DNA of 64,000 nucleotides from Candidatus Woesearchaeota archaeon (GCA_018646625.1 JABGUJ010000002.1:226843-290842); one strand, 5' to 3'; counted from the first letter of the stretch, positions 1 to 10,096 are shown. A program made the numbers and translations. Notes: generated from the letters alone by a model not told the origin.

Positions 1-1
1 A

Positions 2-1432
2 AGTTGGAACAATGAGAATGATGAAGAATTAGAAAAGTTTGCAGTTTATAATCTGAAAGATTCAGAGCTAACATATAGGTTATGTTTAGAAGCAAAAGAT
101 GTTCTTCAAGAACTTGTTAGAATGGTAGGTGTGCCAATGTTTAACTCGGCGAGAATGGCTTTTTCTCAGTTAGTTGAATGGTATTTAATACGTCGTTCTG
201 CAGATTTTGATGAAATAGTACCAAATAAACCTAACCATAAAGAGTTGGTTGAAAGAATGACGGCAGATTCCATTAAAGGGGGATTTGTGTTTACTCCTGA
301 GCCTGGCGTGTATGAAAATCTTGCAGTGCTTGATTTTCGAAGTTTATATCCTAGTATAATTGTCACTCATAATCTTTCTCCTTCAACACTCAATTGTAAA
401 TGTTGTAAATATAGTCCAAAGTATGTTCCAGGTCAGGATAAAAATTGGTTTTGTTCAAAGAAAGATGGTTTTATCCCTAAAGTGATTAGAGATATCTTGG
501 ATCGTCGTACACGTATAAAGGATATGATATGGGATAAGAAAGAAGATGAAAGTGGTGTTTTGCATTCTAGAGAGTTGGTGTTGAAAACATTAGCAAATGC
601 ATTCTACGGGTATCTTAGTTTTTTTCTATCTCGGTGGTATTCTAGAGAGTGTGCGTCCGCAGTGACTGCTTATGGTCGTAAATATATTACCGAAGTAATT
701 AATTGGTCAAGTTCAGAAGGTTTTGAGTTGGTGTATTCGGATACGGACTCTGTATTTCTAATATTGCATGATAAAGAAGTTAGTGATATTATCAAATTTA
801 GGGATAAGGTTAATGATTTTCTTCCTGGTTTGATTGAGTTAGAGTATGAAGGGCATTACAATAAAGCATTGTTTGTCCCAACAAAAGATGGTACCGGAGC
901 AAAGAAGAAGTATGCTTTGATGGATTCACGGAAACATATAACTGTGAAAGGATTTGAATTTATTCGACGTAACATTCCTAAGATTGCTCGTGAAGTACAG
1001 TTTGAGATCATTCGCTTAATATTGCGCGATGAGAAAGATAAGATTAAGGATTTCCTGGATAAAATGATTAACAGAGTTGAAGATCATAAAATTCCAAAAG
1101 ATAAACTGATTATTAGTACTCAATTGTCAAAGAAGATAGAAGATTATGAAATGATAATGCCGCATGTTGCAGTTGCCAAAAGAATGATTGAGCAAGGTCA
1201 AGATGTGTCGGAAGGAGATATTATTGACTATGTTATTTGTAAAGGCGAAGGGAAGTTGAAAGATAAAGCTCGCGTACCTACAGAATGTGATTCTAGTGAA
1301 TATGATGCAGAGTATTATATTAATAACCAGATTATCCCAGCAGTAGACGGATTACTATCTCTAGTTAATATGGATCCAGCTAGATTTAACTATGATGGAA
1401 AAGATCAAGAAAAGTTAGATAAATTTATCTAA
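2..1432 (+). CDS. polB: Family B DNA polymerase (5'-truncated by window edge)
   Basis: Frame is open from base 2 (ExoIII-like YNLKDS); polymerase motifs DFRSLYPSII, KTLANAFYGY, YSDTDS, KKKYA. Confidence 0.95.
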   Translation, partial: SWNNENDEELEKFAVYNLKDSELTYRLCLEAKDVLQELVRMVGVPMFNSARMAFSQLVEWYLIRRSADFDEIVPNKPNHKELVERMTADSIKGGFVFTPEPGVYENLAVLDFRSLYPSIIVTHNLSPSTLNCKCCKYSPKYVPGQDKNWFCSKKDGFIPKVIRDILDRRTRIKDMIWDKKEDESGVLHSRELVLKTLANAFYGYLSFFLSRWYSRECASAVTAYGRKYITEVINWSSSEGFELVYSDTDSVFLILHDKEVSDIIKFRDKVNDFLPGLIELEYEGHYNKALFVPTKDGTGAKKKYALMDSRKHITVKGFEFIRRNIPKIAREVQFEIIRLILRDEKDKIKDFLDKMINRVEDHKIPKDKLIISTQLSKKIEDYEMIMPHVAVAKRMIEQGQDVSEGDIIDYVICKGEGKLKDKARVPTECDSSEYDAEYYINNQIIPAVDGLLSLVNMDPARFNYDGKDQEKLDKFI

Positions 1433-2514
1433 CCTTTAATGTTGTAAACAGTTCTTGTAGGGTATGGAATTCCTATCTTATTCTTATTCAATATGTCGTA
1501 GATTCCACTTACAGCTTTTTCTTTTGATGAAACTCTGTCACCTACATCTCCAACCCAGAAATAAACTTTAAAGTTTAGAGAAGAATCTCCCATTTCTAAG
1601 AATCTTACAACTGGTTCAGGATCATCTAGAACGCCGTCTATTTTGTTAATCACAGATAGAGCTAGCTTTCGCACTTTTTTGTGATCAGAACCATATTCTA
1701 CTCCAAATGGTACTACAACTCTTGCCTTAAGTGTAGGTAGTTTCCAGTTAGTTATCCTGCTGTTAGCAAGACCTCCATTTGGAAAAATCATTAATTCGTG
1801 ATCCCATGTTTCTATCTTTGTGGATCTTAATCCAACATCTAACACTTTACCGCTAACTCCGTCAATCTCAACAGAATCTCCTACTTTGAGTGCTTTGTCC
1901 AGAATTAATTGTATTCCGCCAAAGATATTTGAAAGACTGTCTTTAATAGCAAAACCAATAGCGAGACCAGCAATACCTAAACTTGCAATAAATGGACCTA
2001 TGTTAATTGACCATTCAGATAATATTAATATTCCTGCAATTATGTATATGAAAACTTTGCCTGCTTTTCTCAATATAGGAATTAATTGATCGTCTATTGT
2101 GGACTTTGTTTTCTTTGCGAACTTTTCGCCCCAAATAGTTAACGCCATCTCGAGCATCACAGAAACAACAAAAGCACCACCAAGGATTATTAATGAATCG
2201 AAAATAGTTCCTAGTACTGCACCAAATTTATTTTGTAGAGCAATGGGAACAACTGCAACCTTCAAACCTATGAAGATCATTATGAAGTAGATTGGTTTAG
2301 CTAATAACTCAACTAAGTGATCATCGTGAGTTGTTCTAGTCTTTGCAGCTAAAGATTCAATTATTCTCTTTCCGACTGATACAAATAATTGTGCTAGTAT
2401 CAAGAATACTAAGAATATTAGTGCTGCCTGAAAGTATTTGTTTGTAACAATACTCAAAGCAGGAAACTGCTGTAGATAATTATCAAAAACCATATATGCG
2501 CTAATTAGATTCAT
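1429..2514 (-). CDS. mscS: Small-conductance mechanosensitive channel (MscS family)
   Basis: Several TM helices; GIAGLAIGFAIKDSLSNIFGG; VGDSVEIDGVSGKV; GLRSTKIETWD. Confidence 0.92.
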   Translation of the reverse strand: MNLISAYMVFDNYLQQFPALSIVTNKYFQAALIFLVFLILAQLFVSVGKRIIESLAAKTRTTHDDHLVELLAKPIYFIMIFIGLKVAVVPIALQNKFGAVLGTIFDSLIILGGAFVVSVMLEMALTIWGEKFAKKTKSTIDDQLIPILRKAGKVFIYIIAGILILSEWSINIGPFIASLGIAGLAIGFAIKDSLSNIFGGIQLILDKALKVGDSVEIDGVSGKVLDVGLRSTKIETWDHELMIFPNGGLANSRITNWKLPTLKARVVVPFGVEYGSDHKKVRKLALSVINKIDGVLDDPEPVVRFLEMGDSSLNFKVYFWVGDVGDRVSSKEKAVSGIYDILNKNKIGIPYPTRTVYNIKG

Positions 2515-2561
2515 CTCAACCTACCTCTGTGTTTTAATATGATAAGAACAACTAATATTTA

Positions 2562-3083
2562 TTAGTTTATTTGTTTTATATGACAACTACAAGGAAATTT
2601 CTGAGAAGCTCTTTTTAATGCCAGTTTAACGGTATTAATGTGGTTTGGGTTGTCAAATCTTATTTGTACAAGTTCTTGGCCTTTCTTAAGTCTTGCAGCA
2701 ACTCCAATAACTTTACCGAAAGACATCTTCATACCAGTACTCATTCTATCAGCACCTGCTCCAGATGCTAAAGGATTTTCTCTAAGATAGTGATGTGGAT
2801 ATACTTTTAATTTAAGATGGTAAGAAGCTTTGCCTAAAGTCTTTTCTAGGAGTCTATTACAAGTTTGTCTTGCAGCTTCTAATGCATTATCTCTTATTTG
2901 TAAATCAGTATCTACAGTAAGAACATAACTGTGCTTGAAGTCTCTAACTAAGTTACCCATGTCGAATCTGATAACTTTACAAGGCTTTGCAGCTCTAATG
3001 AAGTCCTTCTTCCTATACTTACTCTTTCTAGTATAAGGCCTTTCAAGTCTTCTATATGCTACAAACTTTCTAATTCTTGCCAT
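2562..3083 (-). CDS. rpl10e: 50S ribosomal protein L10e (uL16)
   Basis: QIRDNALEAAR, LRENPLASGAGADRMSTGMKMSFGK; start taken at MARIRK. Confidence 0.95.
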   Translation of the reverse strand: MARIRKFVAYRRLERPYTRKSKYRKKDFIRAAKPCKVIRFDMGNLVRDFKHSYVLTVDTDLQIRDNALEAARQTCNRLLEKTLGKASYHLKLKVYPHHYLRENPLASGAGADRMSTGMKMSFGKVIGVAARLKKGQELVQIRFDNPNHINTVKLALKRASQKFPCSCHIKQIN

Positions 3084-3260
3084 AGATGCCCAAAACTTGC
3101 CGGTCATTTATAAAGTTTTCCTAATTTGCAGAGCTTGAGTGTGGCAATATCCCGTGTTTGAGTGAAAAAAACCGTAAGAAATATAAAGCAATTTAACGGT
3201 CTTGATTATCATCAATTGAGCGTTTCTGGTAAGAGGTTATATAGAGATTGAGGTGATTAC

Positions 3261-3386
3261 ATGCAACAACAAAACGTAGAAGAAAGTAAATCAAGAGTGG
3301 CAGAAATTCTAGCTAAGAGGCGAGAAACAACCTCCAATGATGAAGTTTATGATAGATGGAAAAGGTTCATCAGGAATAGAACCTAA
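3261..3386 (+). CDS. 41-aa small hypothetical protein (below the ORF-track cutoff)
   Basis: TTATATA box at ~3237, GAGGTGA Shine-Dalgarno at 3250, ATG 3261, T-rich tract after TAA; MQQQNVEESKSRVAEILAKRRETTSNDEVYDRWKRFIRNRT. Confidence 0.55.
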   Translation: MQQQNVEESKSRVAEILAKRRETTSNDEVYDRWKRFIRNRT

Positions 3387-3427
3387 TCTTCTTCTTTTTT
3401 TAGAATAAAGAAAAAAATAAGGAGAAA

Positions 3428-4201
3428 TTATTCTCCTGGTTCGTGTCTGTTAATTATGTAGTGCTCTGCTGCTCCGGTTACGGGATCCTGGAACACTACT
3501 GCAACAGCAACTCTGAAGTCTTTGTCCGGATCTGTAGGACCTAGTGCTTCATAAACTGCCTCTGCAACTGCTTGTGGAGTTTTTCCTTCAATCTCAACAG
3601 GTAATGGTTGTCTGTCAAATGAGGGTAGTGGATTTACGTTTACTCCAGTGTATGTTGCAACCATTCTTCCTCTTCCTGGAAGAAGTTCAAACTCAGTAAA
3701 AGTTCTTTCTGCAGTTGTATCATTATCATCTGCAATGTCGTTTGGGCGTACAATTAGTCCCAAGCCACCTTTGTCGTCACAAACAACTCCAGTTATTCTC
3801 GGAGTATAATTCGGGTTATCAGGTTCATACATCCACTCATCGTGTGTTTCAAACATCCCAACTAAAGGATCACACCTTTCGCCATCACCAGCGTCATCAG
3901 ATAATTCACGGGCAAATGCTTCTGTTTGTTTTCCATTGCTTACCGCAACCGAGTCGTCAAGCATAACTATTGCATCATAAAGCAACAAGTCAGGATTTCC
4001 TTTTTCTAAAACTTCCGGATCTGTTGGTTTTGTGAATATCGTATTATCATCTGCATTGTATTCCAAAGTTCTTGCTTGACTGGACGGACTTCTTCCAGTT
4101 ACTGCATAAACTACAACATTATGTTCTCCCGTCGGATCTCTACCTAGCGCGATTAATCTACCAGGATATTCCATTTCTGCTATTGCTTCTAAACCTTTCA
4201 T
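3428..4201 (-). CDS. IMP cyclohydrolase-like protein (PurO-like Ntn-hydrolase fold)
   Basis: YPGR..ALG, VYAVTGRSPSSQAR, VSNGKQT, YEPDNPNYTPRITG; GGAGG SD before MKGLE; downstream of purM. Confidence 0.8.
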   Translation of the reverse strand: MKGLEAIAEMEYPGRLIALGRDPTGEHNVVVYAVTGRSPSSQARTLEYNADDNTIFTKPTDPEVLEKGNPDLLLYDAIVMLDDSVAVSNGKQTEAFARELSDDAGDGERCDPLVGMFETHDEWMYEPDNPNYTPRITGVVCDDKGGLGLIVRPNDIADDNDTTAERTFTEFELLPGRGRMVATYTGVNVNPLPSFDRQPLPVEIEGKTPQAVAEAVYEALGPTDPDKDFRVAVAVVFQDPVTGAAEHYIINRHEPGE

Positions 4202-4217
4202 TTTTGTTATCCTCCTT

Positions 4218-4376
4218 TTATGCCACTTTTCTGTATGCTTCTTCAAAAGCAAGTGCAGCTTCATCAAGTGATGGAGTGTCTGGATAAACAGTTGCTCCAT
4301 CCATGTGTGTTGCAATCAAATGATTAACAACTGCTCTGCTGAGTGTGTTTTTTGCTTCAAAGTATATTGGATCCAT
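4218..4376 (-). CDS. 52-aa small hypothetical protein within the purine operon
   Basis: GAGGT SD overlapping the purM stop; MDPIYFEAKNTLSRAVVNHLIATHMDGATVYPDTPSLDEAALAFEEAYRKVA fills the purM to IMP cyclohydrolase gap. Confidence 0.6.
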   Translation of the reverse strand: MDPIYFEAKNTLSRAVVNHLIATHMDGATVYPDTPSLDEAALAFEEAYRKVA

Positions 4377-4387
4377 CTTTGATTACC

Positions 4388-5728
4388 TCATGCTGCGGGT
4401 TCGTATTCAAATCGTTGTTTGTTATGCGCAGTAACATTAATTCTACCAGCACCATCGTTACATACATGGCCCAGTACTTCTGCTTTGTAAGTTTCTCCTA
4501 AAATTGGGTTTGCAGTCTCGTTTATTTGTCCTAAAACCGCATCAACATCTTCTTCTCTTACAACTAAGTACATACCTTGCCCCATGTTGAAATCTTCATA
4601 CATTTCTCTAATAGGTATTTTTGTGTGTGATTGTATAACATCAAAGATTTCATGAGGTTGTTCTACGTTTGAGAAATCAAGATCCGCACCAAAACCTCTT
4701 TGATGAAGAAGTCTTTCAAGATTATGAACTCCTTCTCCGGTTATGTTTACTACACCCCGTAGTTGTTCTGTTTCGTTGAGTGCTTCAATTAAATTATTAT
4801 AGATCAAAGTCGGAGTTAGTATCTCTTCGAGAATTGTTCTTCCATCAAATTGAGGAATATGTCTCTCAGGATTAAGTGGGCCGTACCAACCAGCAGGTGC
4901 ATAGTCAATTAATTGTCTTGCAGCAGATATGCCGTTACAGTGTACACCAGAAGATCTTATTCCAATTATTACATCTCCCGCCTTGATGTTTCTCCCATCT
5001 AGAACCGCATCATCATTCTCAGGATGGGGATATAATCCAATGCCGGTTGCCGAGATATCATAACCTTGACCAACATCATAATCAAAAGGAATCATACTAG
5101 GATCGTAATCACCTTTTAGTCTGTCTTTCATCCATCGTCCTAGTGCTCGAAGATTAAATGTTAATCCAACATTACCAACATACAGTTGATGACCTGGAGG
5201 TGGAACACCACGAACCATTTCTCGCAGTGAAGCATTCTCGCCACCAATAATGACAGACTTACATGCATTCGCTCCAATAAGTAAACCTTCTGCAAGGTCT
5301 CTCGTTATTTCAACATTAGGATTGGTCCATGCGACATAATCATTTAACGCCACAACTCTGCCTCCGCCACAAGCAACATCGTTTGCAACCATTGCAACAG
5401 TATCAATACCAACACTTGCACGATGTAATTCATCATCTCCGCCAAGCATTCTGTATAAAGTATGAACTAAAGGTTTAGTGCCTGCACCATCTGTACCCAT
5501 CGGCATGCTAATTCGTTTTACGTCTAATGCACCATGTAATTTTGCAACATCTATTTCTAAACCATCTGAGAAAAAACCAATATCAGTCGGAAGTGTTATT
5601 CCTAATGCCTCTAAATCCGCAACATTACCTTTTGTTGCTCTGAATAATGCTTTGAATATCTCTACCACGTCATGTTCTTTTCCAAAATCAACGCCAAATC
5701 TAGCGTATACACTATCTTTACTTGTCAT
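4388..5728 (-). CDS. purM: Phosphoribosylaminoimidazole (AIR) synthetase, divergent with insertions
   Basis: GTDGAGTK, GIDTVAMVANDV, GGENA, SSGVHCNG, LTPTLIY, NITGEG, FNMGQG. Confidence 0.85.
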   Translation of the reverse strand: MTSKDSVYARFGVDFGKEHDVVEIFKALFRATKGNVADLEALGITLPTDIGFFSDGLEIDVAKLHGALDVKRISMPMGTDGAGTKPLVHTLYRMLGGDDELHRASVGIDTVAMVANDVACGGGRVVALNDYVAWTNPNVEITRDLAEGLLIGANACKSVIIGGENASLREMVRGVPPPGHQLYVGNVGLTFNLRALGRWMKDRLKGDYDPSMIPFDYDVGQGYDISATGIGLYPHPENDDAVLDGRNIKAGDVIIGIRSSGVHCNGISAARQLIDYAPAGWYGPLNPERHIPQFDGRTILEEILTPTLIYNNLIEALNETEQLRGVVNITGEGVHNLERLLHQRGFGADLDFSNVEQPHEIFDVIQSHTKIPIREMYEDFNMGQGMYLVVREEDVDAVLGQINETANPILGETYKAEVLGHVCNDGAGRINVTAHNKQRFEYEPAA

Positions 5729-5918
5729 TTTAAGTTACCTCCGTTATATAATAGTCTCGTAGAACCAGAAACTGCTTCAGTCTGTATGTTATTTACCCTA
5801 ATCTAACAAACACCCCTAATGCTATAGGTTATTGGATAATTTTCGGCTAAAAATCTATTTAAATATTTAGACAATGAAACCTATCCTTTGGAGAAGGCAT
5901 GTCGTCTCAAGTTAGTTA

Positions 5919-6458
5919 TTACAATTCAGAGAAAGCAGTAATGAGTTCTTTATTCATAACTTCAGGATGGAATGTTGTGCCGTACATTGGTTTTTCTTTG
6001 TGCTTTATGATTTGTATGCAGTTATCAGATTTTGCTAATAGTTCGAAATCTTCTGGCAAGTTGATACAATAGTTGTGTAGTTCGTATACTTCCAGTTTCT
6101 TCATCGAGTTCACTAAAAAATCATCTTGCAATTTGGTTATTGTTGTTGGACCTATCTCAGTAACCTCTTTTAATTCACAACCGCGAGTCATTCCAATAAT
6201 TTGTATGCCGTTGCAGATACCTAGCAGAGGTTTGTCGTAGTCTTTTAGCCATTTGAAGAATTCTAGATGCTCAGAGTAACCAGCCTCTTTCAAGGGTGAA
6301 CCGGAGATTATTATTTTGTCTGCTGCTTCGATTATTTCTTTATTTATCTCAGTGAAGTGAACTATTGCACACTCTTTTAGTATATCAGTTATAGGTCTGA
6401 CAAACTCTAATGCGTGCAGTGAATCTTTTTCCCGGCAAGTATCAATTACTAAAATCAT
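5919..6458 (-). CDS. Class I glutamine amidotransferase (GuaA glutaminase-like subunit)
   Basis: IISGSP, LGICNGIQ nucleophile elbow, FHPE. Confidence 0.85.
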   Translation of the reverse strand: MILVIDTCREKDSLHALEFVRPITDILKECAIVHFTEINKEIIEAADKIIISGSPLKEAGYSEHLEFFKWLKDYDKPLLGICNGIQIIGMTRGCELKEVTEIGPTTITKLQDDFLVNSMKKLEVYELHNYCINLPEDFELLAKSDNCIQIIKHKEKPMYGTTFHPEVMNKELITAFSEL

Positions 6459-7135
6459 TTTTCCTCTAGTTTTGTTTCTTCAATATTGAAAACTCCAGCA
6501 TAGTTGTCGTATTCAGTAGAATATTTCGTTATGATTATTTTTTTCTTAAAAGCAGGACAGTCTGTTACGAAGGTTTCGATTTCTCCTCCTTCGCCGGCAG
6601 GATTGATCTTTAGTTCTTCTTGCATTTGTTTTAGTTTTCCAATCATGGATTTGTCAATTATTTTACCTAACCATTCTTCACCAAAAGGATATGCAAATAC
6701 CCCTGCAATGTAAACTTCAAACTTGTTTTCTATTAGATCATTTAGTAATTCTATTTGATCCATCTGCCATAATGGATTAAAACACCAGATGTCTAATTCA
6801 TTACAAATTTTTTGTACTCTTGATGCTTGATAAGTTGATGCAACTGTACCAGTAACTATTCCTTCAATTTGATATTCATCTATTGCTTGCTGAATGGCTT
6901 GTTTTAGTTCTGCCAGTTCTTTTTCTTTTTCACCTTTGGTAACTACTTTGATTAAAGGTAGATCCAGTGCTTCTGATTGTGTTTGTGTTAAAGAAATATT
7001 AGGAGTGTGAAACATGTAACTTTCTTTATTTTCAGATTCTATAGTTATTAGACAAACTACGTCGTGTTTCGCACTTGCTTTGTACAATCCCAGTACAGAG
7101 TCTTTACCTCCCGAAAATAAGGATGCTAGTTTCAT
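6455..7135 (-). CDS. Diphthine-ammonia ligase family PP-loop ATPase (Dph6/DUF71)
   Basis: SGGKDS PP-loop, SYMFH, PLW, GEGGEIETFVTDCPAF. Confidence 0.88.
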   Translation of the reverse strand: MKLASLFSGGKDSVLGLYKASAKHDVVCLITIESENKESYMFHTPNISLTQTQSEALDLPLIKVVTKGEKEKELAELKQAIQQAIDEYQIEGIVTGTVASTYQASRVQKICNELDIWCFNPLWQMDQIELLNDLIENKFEVYIAGVFAYPFGEEWLGKIIDKSMIGKLKQMQEELKINPAGEGGEIETFVTDCPAFKKKIIITKYSTEYDNYAGVFNIEETKLEEK

Positions 7136-7207
7136 AGTTGCTTAGGTCAAATATTAACTTATAAAATCTTTGGAAAAGAATAAATATATTGAGGATAGCT
7201 TTCGAAT

Positions 7208-7930
7208 ATGGCAATTATAATATGCGATCTTGACAGTACGTTGTGGGGATTTCTAGGCATACATTGGGGAGTGTATGAAGAAGGATGTAAGCATCTGGGT
7301 GGCACAGAGTTAAAAGTTGATAGTTTTGTTCCAACTACTACTCGTGGTTATTTGTGGTGTTCTGTAAAAGATAAAATGAGTGAAGAAGAATTTAATTCTA
7401 AGATAGAAGATGCTGAAAAAGTTATGGCAACATTGTATAAAGAAAGGATTGGTGAGTTTCTTGTTCATAATACAGGAGAATGTAATGCAGACGATCATGA
7501 TTTCTATGCCGAACCGTTGAAAGATGTAGGTTTGTTTAATGGAGCAGAGGAGTTTCTTAAGAGCGCTAAAGAAGCAGGACATACTTTGGTTGTAGGCACG
7601 GGAAATTCTAGAATAACTGGAGAAGCTTTACTGGAAGTTATGGGATTAAGAGATTACTTTGATGATTTTGCTTATGGTGATGAAGGCGGAAATCGAAAAG
7701 GTGTTATGGCATTGGCTCTTGAAAGAGGTAGAAATATTTCTCCAGATGGTGTAGCGTTTGTTTTAGATGATGCAACAGATGCAGTTAGCGCAGGTAATGA
7801 ATTGGGTGTAAAGGTAATAAGCATGCTTAGCAGCGAGCATGGCAAGAAAGTAGATAAGGAAAAAGCATTTGCAAGTTTTAGCAGCATATCACACTATAAA
7901 GCCATTCTAGAGCTCATATCTGACAAGTAG
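7208..7930 (+). CDS. HAD-superfamily hydrolase
   Basis: N-terminal CDLDSTL motif I, VGTGN motif II, LDDATDA motif IV. Confidence 0.75.
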   Translation: MAIIICDLDSTLWGFLGIHWGVYEEGCKHLGGTELKVDSFVPTTTRGYLWCSVKDKMSEEEFNSKIEDAEKVMATLYKERIGEFLVHNTGECNADDHDFYAEPLKDVGLFNGAEEFLKSAKEAGHTLVVGTGNSRITGEALLEVMGLRDYFDDFAYGDEGGNRKGVMALALERGRNISPDGVAFVLDDATDAVSAGNELGVKVISMLSSEHGKKVDKEKAFASFSSISHYKAILELISDK

Positions 7931-8008
7931 AAGAGTTAATATATTCTCGAGAATAGAAATGCTTAAATAAAGATAATTACTCACGAGTAGCAATAGGGGG
8001 TTAATTGT

Positions 8009-10096
8009 ATGGGTAACTTAACTGATTATGTAAAAGTAGGCGTAATGTTGGTTCTATTTATGTTTGTAGTAAGTATCTCAAGTGCTTCATTGTATGTTGA
8101 GAATGTTCCTGATGTATCACTAAGTCTTGGAACTGGTACAAGTTATGCTATGAATGTTGTAAAGAATGACGCATATTTCTATAATGTTGCAGTTAAGTGT
8201 GAAGATTTTTCTCCCGTATTATGTAGCGCTAACCCAGATACTTTTGTATTAAGCGCAAACTCTCAAACTGTTGATATCGAACTTGTTGCTTCAGACAATG
8301 TTTTAGCAGGAATGTATTCCGGTAATGTTGTTGTAGAAGCAGAAAACTTTACTCAAGTTGACTCAGTTGTTGTTAATGTAACAGAGACATTTGATTTAGA
8401 GTTTGAGGAAGTTGATACTAACGTATATCAAAATACTACAGAAAATATTAGCTTTGTTTTTGTTAACGAAGGAAATTATGATGTTACAATCACTAGTTTA
8501 AGTGAAAATGTAGAGCTAAGTGCTAATAATATTACATTTGATATGAATCTTACAAGCAGCTTGCCAATTACTATATCAGCATTCGGTAATTCATCCGCTA
8601 TTTATTATGAGGCTTATGCATTTAACATTGATTCAGTAGATAGCTATTTGGGTAGCGTAGATTATGTTACCGCCGATGGTCATAATGGGTCTGAGAGTGT
8701 TACTGTTTCAATTATAGCTCAGGCAGCAACTAATACTACCACAAACACTACAACTAATACCACTACAAATACTACTAACACAACTACACCAGATCCTGTT
8801 GTTTCAGAGTTAGCGTTTAGTGCATTGAGTACTACATTCAATAACGGAGCCATTAAAGGAACTGTTATGTTGACTAACAAATATGATTACGATATGAGCA
8901 ATATCGCATTGAACTTAACCGGATTAGAAGAGTTTGATGTTAATTTTGCATTTTCTACTGTAAGTCTAAGCAAAGGTCAGTCCAAAACATTACAATTTAG
9001 TGGTGCTTTACCTAATGATTTTGATACAGGCACTTATACTGGAGTAGCAACTGCTGTTTATAGTAATATAACTGCGACTCAAGATGTTCAACTAGTAGTA
9101 GGTGGCGGAATTGACATTATCACTATAGATGTTGACTGGGATGAAGACAGAGAAAGAGATGTAAGAGAGAATGAAAAACTAAAAGATTTTGAACCAGGTC
9201 ATACAGTTACTGTAGATATTGAAGTTGAGAACTTGTTTAATAGAGAAACTAATATTCAAATAAATGATGTTGAAGTCGAATTAACTATTAACAATATTGA
9301 TGGAAGTAGAGATATAGAAGACGAGACAAGGAAGTTTGATATTGATCCAGGAGATACAGAAGAAGAGTCAATCACATTTGAAATACCATGGGCTGCTGAA
9401 GAAGATGATTATACTGTCAACTTAGTAGCAAGAGGTTACGGAGATAATGGTCAAACATTTACTGATACTTTCAAATTTAAAATTGATATAGAGAGAGAAG
9501 GTAACAACGTGAGAGTGTTGAGCGCAAGATTCTCACCTGAAACTGGATCTTGTTTTGACAGAGTAAGAGTTACTGCAGACGTTATCAACTTAGGAGAAAG
9601 AGATAAAGATGTGGTAGTAATTATTGCTAATGCTGCATTAGGTATCAAGAAAGAACAAAGAGTATCTCTAGATGAAGATCCTGACAGAAAAAGCAACAGG
9701 CAGAGAGTTGATTTTGAATTTAACTTAGATCCTGCGATGAACGCAGATGCATATAATTTCGAAGTTAGCGTATTTGATGAAAGAACTGGATCATACTACG
9801 ATAGCCAAGTTGCTAAGCTAGAAGTAAAAGAGTGTTCATCTCACAATTATCAGCAAACATCAGATAATAACGATTATACCTACACAGGTAGTGGTTCAAG
9901 CGTAGTGTTTATCGGACCAAGCAATACTGCATCATCAGGTACTGCATTTAGCACAGCAACAGGAATGCCTAAGACAAAGATAACAGACTTGTCAGGTAAA
10001 ACTGTATCAATTGGCGGAATATCAATATTCTTGTTTTTGACAGTTGCTTTGTTGATAATTATCTTAGCAGTGTTGATAGCTTTCTTTTTAATTTAA
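8009..10096 (+). CDS. Large cell-surface / S-layer-like glycoprotein
   Basis: Signal peptide, acidic beta-rich Ig/CARDB-like segments, many N-x-S/T sequons, Thr/Asn linker, C-terminal TM anchor. Confidence 0.7.
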   Translation: MGNLTDYVKVGVMLVLFMFVVSISSASLYVENVPDVSLSLGTGTSYAMNVVKNDAYFYNVAVKCEDFSPVLCSANPDTFVLSANSQTVDIELVASDNVLAGMYSGNVVVEAENFTQVDSVVVNVTETFDLEFEEVDTNVYQNTTENISFVFVNEGNYDVTITSLSENVELSANNITFDMNLTSSLPITISAFGNSSAIYYEAYAFNIDSVDSYLGSVDYVTADGHNGSESVTVSIIAQAATNTTTNTTTNTTTNTTNTTTPDPVVSELAFSALSTTFNNGAIKGTVMLTNKYDYDMSNIALNLTGLEEFDVNFAFSTVSLSKGQSKTLQFSGALPNDFDTGTYTGVATAVYSNITATQDVQLVVGGGIDIITIDVDWDEDRERDVRENEKLKDFEPGHTVTVDIEVENLFNRETNIQINDVEVELTINNIDGSRDIEDETRKFDIDPGDTEEESITFEIPWAAEEDDYTVNLVARGYGDNGQTFTDTFKFKIDIEREGNNVRVLSARFSPETGSCFDRVRVTADVINLGERDKDVVVIIANAALGIKKEQRVSLDEDPDRKSNRQRVDFEFNLDPAMNADAYNFEVSVFDERTGSYYDSQVAKLEVKECSSHNYQQTSDNNDYTYTGSGSSVVFIGPSNTASSGTAFSTATGMPKTKITDLSGKTVSIGGISIFLFLTVALLIIILAVLIAFFLI
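8729..8788 (+). repeat. Degenerate 12-bp coding tandem repeat (TNTT)n
   Basis: actaatactacc acaaacactaca actaataccact acaaatact... encoding TNTTTNTTTNTTTNTTNTTT. Confidence 0.8.

Noticed and set aside
4202..4315. N-terminal extension of the 3428-4315 ORF
   Set aside because: It overlaps a better-supported 52-aa ORF in another frame; a GGAGG SD supports the start at 4201.
5729..5918. Purine riboswitch upstream of purM (contains TTCTAC on the coding strand)
   Set aside because: The flanking P1-P3 stems and loop consensus of the purine aptamer cannot be built.
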